DNA of 64,000 bases, taken from positions 68,718-132,717 of the IMG/VR virus record IMGVR_UViG_3300048996_000163; one strand, 5' to 3'. This DNA is from a virus. Position 1 is the stretch's first letter. The number at the start of each line of letters is the position of its first letter. Shown here piece after piece: positions 59,931-64,000 of this stretch. The notes beneath the pieces were generated by a model that saw only the letters and a list, made by a program, of their open reading frames with translations, was not told where the DNA came from and did not search any database. A program made the position numbers and the translations under genes.

Positions 59931-60200
59931 GTGAACGCGAAGCCGCCCAGGCCGCATCCGAGCAGAAGGCCGCCTGACGTGCCCGCCGAGGACCTGCTCA
60001 CCGTCCGCGAACTCGCCACCAAATGGCGGGTCAGCAAGAACGCGATCTACGCCGCGATCCGCAGCGGCGATCTCCAGTGCACGCACCTCGGCCGCGGAAC
60101 GAACCAGACCCGCATCCCCGAATCGATCGCCGACCAGTACTGGCAGGCCCGGCTGGAGCCGAAGAGGCCCGGCCTTCGCGCCGTCCCGTCGGCCGCCTGA
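59931..60200 (+). CDS. excisionase-like HTH_17 protein
   Basis: LLTVRELATKWRVSKNAIYAAIRSGDL...RIP. Confidence 0.8.
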   Translation: MNAKPPRPHPSRRPPDVPAEDLLTVRELATKWRVSKNAIYAAIRSGDLQCTHLGRGTNQTRIPESIADQYWQARLEPKRPGLRAVPSAA

Positions 60201-60478
60201 AAACGAGAGGCCCGCCGGTCGCACCCGACGAGCCTCTGCGGCACCAACCTCATCACCTCTTGAAAGGAAGGCTGGCGCATGCCTGATCGGCAGAGTACAG
60301 CCCATGGCGGATCGACCGCCACCGAAGACACCGACACGTTCCTCCGCACGCTCAGCGACATCGCCCGCGCCGGCATCGCCGCCAAGGCCCCGTGCGGCTG
60401 GTGTGGCGTCAACTGCGGCAACGCCGAGCACGACCGCCTGTACCGCATGTCGGAGACGACGTGGCGGGAGATGGCGGC

Positions 60479-61117
60479 ATGACCGACGTCGTCCAGTTCG
60501 ACTTTGAGGGCCTGACGGAATGCCGCCTGCCCGGCAAGGCGAGGCATGGCGGGTACGTGTATCTCGTCGAGTTCGTTGGCGGGATCGTCAAGGTGGGGAT
60601 GACCGCCAATCCTCAATCTCGCCTCGCGAACTACACCTCCGGTGCGGGAGTCTTTGGCCCCCAGCCTCTCCGTGGGTGGCTTTCGCCGCTCCACCTCAAC
60701 CCAAGGGCAACGGAGAAGATCCTGCGTGAGGTCCTGGCTGACCTCGGCAGCCCGGTCGCCGGCCGCGAGTGGTTCACCGAGGTCTCGTTCGAAGAGGCCA
60801 TCAATAAGGCGTCCCTCCTGACGCTCCAGCCTGTTGACGTTGAATTCGAGACCGCGCGGGCGATCAGGGGGGGTGACGACGCCGTTCGGATGCTCGCCTC
60901 GCTTGGCGGCGGGGTTGAACAGCATTTACTCCTTAGTCCCGGACGGGATGAGCGCAGCCCTTCGGGTAACAGCGTCGAGGCCGTGGCGTACATGCTCGCT
61001 GCGGTAGACGGGATGCACGGCTTGCCGCAGGGTAGCGAGCCGGAGGTCCGCCACTTCGCAGCAGCGCGCGCTGTCCTGGGCCTCCTGGACGGGCGTCCCC
61101 TCGTGGTGTCGGCATGA
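60479..61117 (+). CDS. GIY-YIG (T5orf172-like) domain protein
   Basis: GYVYLV...VKVGMT..P..RL...E...EWF. Confidence 0.7.
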   Translation: MTDVVQFDFEGLTECRLPGKARHGGYVYLVEFVGGIVKVGMTANPQSRLANYTSGAGVFGPQPLRGWLSPLHLNPRATEKILREVLADLGSPVAGREWFTEVSFEEAINKASLLTLQPVDVEFETARAIRGGDDAVRMLASLGGGVEQHLLLSPGRDERSPSGNSVEAVAYMLAAVDGMHGLPQGSEPEVRHFAAARAVLGLLDGRPLVVSA

Positions 61118-61713
61118 CCGCCCCGGCCGCCCCGATCACTCTCCGCCCGGACCCGTCCACGGTCCCCGCGACGATGACCGACTACCAGCGGATGATGGCC
61201 GAGGCGCTGTCGCCGCTGACCGAGAAGTGCGCCACGTGCGGCGAGCCGGCGGGCATCGGCTTCAACTGCCGCTCTAAGTCGGGCTACACCGTCCCGTTCC
61301 ACGCCGCCCGCAAGAAGGCCGTCGCGCACCTCACCGAGGACGAGCGGATTGCCGCGTTCGGTGCCCTGCGCGCCGAGCAGAGTCGCCGTCGCGCCGCGAC
61401 CGTCGCCTACATCGAGCGCGCCAAGACAGACCCCGAGGTTCAGCGGCAGCGTGCGTGGTGGAACGACCAGTTCGCCCGCATCGACGCGGAGGCCGCCGCG
61501 TCCGAGCGTGACTTCCGCGCCCGCTGCACCGACGCGCCGTTCCGGAACTCCCGGACCCACGCCGACGGCTGCACCTGCCGTTCGTCCGGGGTCGTCGAGT
61601 ACACGCCCGAGTTCGCGCGGGTCAAGCGTGAGCGGGAGCGGGACGAGGCGCTGCGCGGCACGCGCCGGGTCACCGACCTCGCGCAGGTTCGGGCAATGCG
61701 GGGTGCGCGATGA
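61114..61713 (+). CDS. zinc-finger hypothetical protein
   Basis: CATCGEPAG...C...FHAAR. Confidence 0.6.
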   Translation: MTAPAAPITLRPDPSTVPATMTDYQRMMAEALSPLTEKCATCGEPAGIGFNCRSKSGYTVPFHAARKKAVAHLTEDERIAAFGALRAEQSRRRAATVAYIERAKTDPEVQRQRAWWNDQFARIDAEAAASERDFRARCTDAPFRNSRTHADGCTCRSSGVVEYTPEFARVKRERERDEALRGTRRVTDLAQVRAMRGAR

Positions 61714-62105
61714 CCGTCATCTCCCGCCCGGTCACCCTGTATCTCGGCGGCCCGTTCGTCGTCGACGCGGAGCTGCGCTACGACACCACCGACCAGCTCG
61801 CGGTCTCACTGGTCCCGCAGGACGCGGACGGCGGTGACAACCCGTGGCAGTTCGCGCGGTCGCTGCTCGCCGACGGTCTCAAGGCGGACGCTCATGTCGT
61901 CGGCGCCGGCGGTGTCGCGTTCCATCGTCACGGCCCGCGGCTTGTCATCCGGCTGCGCGCCGGCGGCGTGTGTGGTGAGGCGTGGATGCACGCGGCCGAG
62001 GTGCGGGCGTTCCTGCGCGACACGTACCGGCTCGTTCCCGCCGGGGCTGAGGTCGTCGACTTCGGTGCGGAGCTGGACGCGATCGTCGCCGGGGGTGCCC
62101 GGTGA
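61710..62105 (+). CDS. SsgA-like (SALP) cell-division/sporulation regulator
   Basis: LRYDTTDQLAV...WQFARSLLADGL...GAGGV...VRAFLRDTYRLVPAGAE. Confidence 0.8.
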   Translation: MTVISRPVTLYLGGPFVVDAELRYDTTDQLAVSLVPQDADGGDNPWQFARSLLADGLKADAHVVGAGGVAFHRHGPRLVIRLRAGGVCGEAWMHAAEVRAFLRDTYRLVPAGAEVVDFGAELDAIVAGGAR

Positions 62106-62220
62106 AGCCGCTGTGCCCGACGTGTGACCAGCCGCTGCGGTCGCAGCTCGCGACCTGCCTGAACTGCCCCAAGCCCGAGGGCGATCACGAAATGTCCCAC
62201 GTGCGCAGAGAGGACGTCTG

Positions 62221-63812
62221 ATGCGCGCGTTCACCGAGGGCATCCCCGGCACCATCGTCCTGCCCGGCGGCCAGGAGAGCGGGAAGCTCGTCACCGCCAC
62301 GTGGACCCCGAGCAACCCGGACTGGGTGACGCTCGGGTTCCCGGACCGGGTCACGGAGGTCTCCCGCGACGGCTGGTACGCCGGCACCGGGGCGCCGCAC
62401 TGCGAGGCGGGCGGCAGGGTCTACCCGTCGCAGTGGACCGACGTGCACTGGACGGTGTTCGAGTCCCGGGTTCCCGGCCTGCCAGTCCTGCGTTGGTTTG
62501 TGCAGACGTGGCGGGTGACGGGGTTCGTCGGCGACACGCACATCGAGATGCCGGCGTCGTGGACCAAGGATCTCGAGGACCTCAACGACGACGCGAAGGT
62601 CGACGCGTGGCTGCGCGGTCTGGCGGGTGCGGCGTGAGCACTGTGGACCTGTCGCTGCTCGCGGACCTGCTCGCCGACATGGCGAGGAGGCGTTGCGCGG
62701 ACCCGTCACCGGTCCGGGACCGTTCGGAGACTGACGTCGTCGACATGAATTACCGCGTCGACCCGCAGTTCGCGACCGCGTACGTGCAGCAGCGCATCCT
62801 GCGCGCCCTGGACCGGCTCCGTCCGGACGGCGTCATCTCCGGCGATGCGGTCTCCGACGCGCTGATCGTGCTCGGCGCGTGGGCGCACCTGCAGGACCTG
62901 CGGGCGGTGAACGCGTGAGCACCTTCGACACCACCGTTGACCTGGCCCGCGCGTACCGGTTCCCGAAGCACCGCGCCCGTCGTGACTTCGACTGGTCCCG
63001 CCCCGCGTCAGCCGCGTCGCTGGTCCTGCTCGCGCTCGGCGTGTACGGCGCCTGGGCGTGGGTCGCCGGCCCGTTCCTCATCGACCTGATCGGGCTGTGG
63101 CCGACCCGCGCGGTCGGCGTCGCCCTCATCGCTGCGACCTTGTGGAGGCGCTGATGGACCGCAATCGCACGTGGGCGTGTCTCGCGCTCATCGGCTGCGC
63201 GGACGTGTTCACCGCGACGTTCTGGCCCGGCCCGCTCAACGGGCTGACCGTCGTCGCGATCCTGGCCGTCGACGCCCTGCTCGCGTTCGTGCTGCTGGGG
63301 CTGCCGAACATTGTCGCCGCATACCGCTGCCAGGCTCGGGTCCTCGCCGGGGAGCGGTGCGCCGACTGCGCGGGCGGCGCACGCGAACGGGCCATTGCCG
63401 CCGCGGAGCGCGCCAATGACGACCAGGTGTTCGCGACGATGCGAGGTGGGCTGTGACCCGCGCATTCTGGCAGCTGTTCGCGATCGTGTTCTCCGCGGTC
63501 ATCGCTGGCTTGGTGTGGCTCGTCGGCTACATGGTCGACGTCGAGCGTGGCGTCGCTGTTCTCGCCGGCGCCATCGCCTTCGGTGGTCTCGAGGCGTGCA
63601 TGTCGAGGTTCATCGCCCGCCACACCGACCCGGCCGATCCGGGCCTGACGGACCCGTGGGAGCACGGGCGGGAACTGCTCCACCAGGAGCATGTGCCGGC
63701 AATCCTGAACCGACAGGCCGACGCCGACGACGTGACCCGGGTGCTGTCCGCCCGTGACTTCGCCGGGTACCGCGGTGAACGGCGGTCGCTGAAGCCGGGT
63801 GGTCAGCGATGA
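62221..63812 (+). CDS. five coupled hypothetical ORFs, last three membrane (62221-62637, 62634-62918, 62915-63154, 63154-63456, 63453-63812)
   Basis: Overlaps; hydrophobic helices. Confidence 0.6.
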
Positions 63813-64000
63813 GGTACCTCGCCATCGGGTTGGTGACCGTGATTGCCGTCGCCGCAATGGCGTACGCCCTCTACCGGGCGGCGCGCGTCGGCCGGTCCGC
63901 CCCTCCCCCACCTGCCAGTGACGGCCCCGCGCGGGCTGTCGTCAGCCGAGGCCGGCACGCCCGGGGTGATTTGCGGATCGACCCGACCGTCGAGATCACG

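Noticed and set aside
1-64000. CRISPR array, cas genes, IS transposases, virion structural genes
   Set aside because: No regularly spaced repeat-spacer units and no recognisable motifs seen

Overview
High-GC actinomycete (Micromonosporaceae-like) mobile DNA with no recognisable housekeeping, rRNA or canonical tRNA genes and no virion structural genes. The window reads as part of one large mosaic phage/plasmid/ICE. 1-11 kb holds an AICE-type transfer module (FtsK-like TraB plus Spd-like membrane genes with a dense TGGGC motif) and a DUF6879/XRE-DUF5753 cluster. Three replication-ATPase cassettes sit at about 12, 22 and 46 kb; each is preceded by a coupled 23-codon leader ORF and ends in its own palindromic repeat array. 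Other notable loci are an Aca2/DUF1870-like operon with a small acidic gene (16.4-17.2 kb), a Ro60/TROVE gene with two Y RNAs (18.4-20.3 kb), and long arrays of small coupled phage-type ORFs (NUDIX, HD, EndoVII, NlpC/P60, SLOG, an orphan FxSxx-COOH peptide, a broken Thg1 and a broken DnaQ). From 56.9 kb there is a large serine integrase with an apparently intact attP, an XRE/Cro switch, an excisionase-like gene and an SsgA-like gene. All family calls are from motif recognition by eye; no searches were run.
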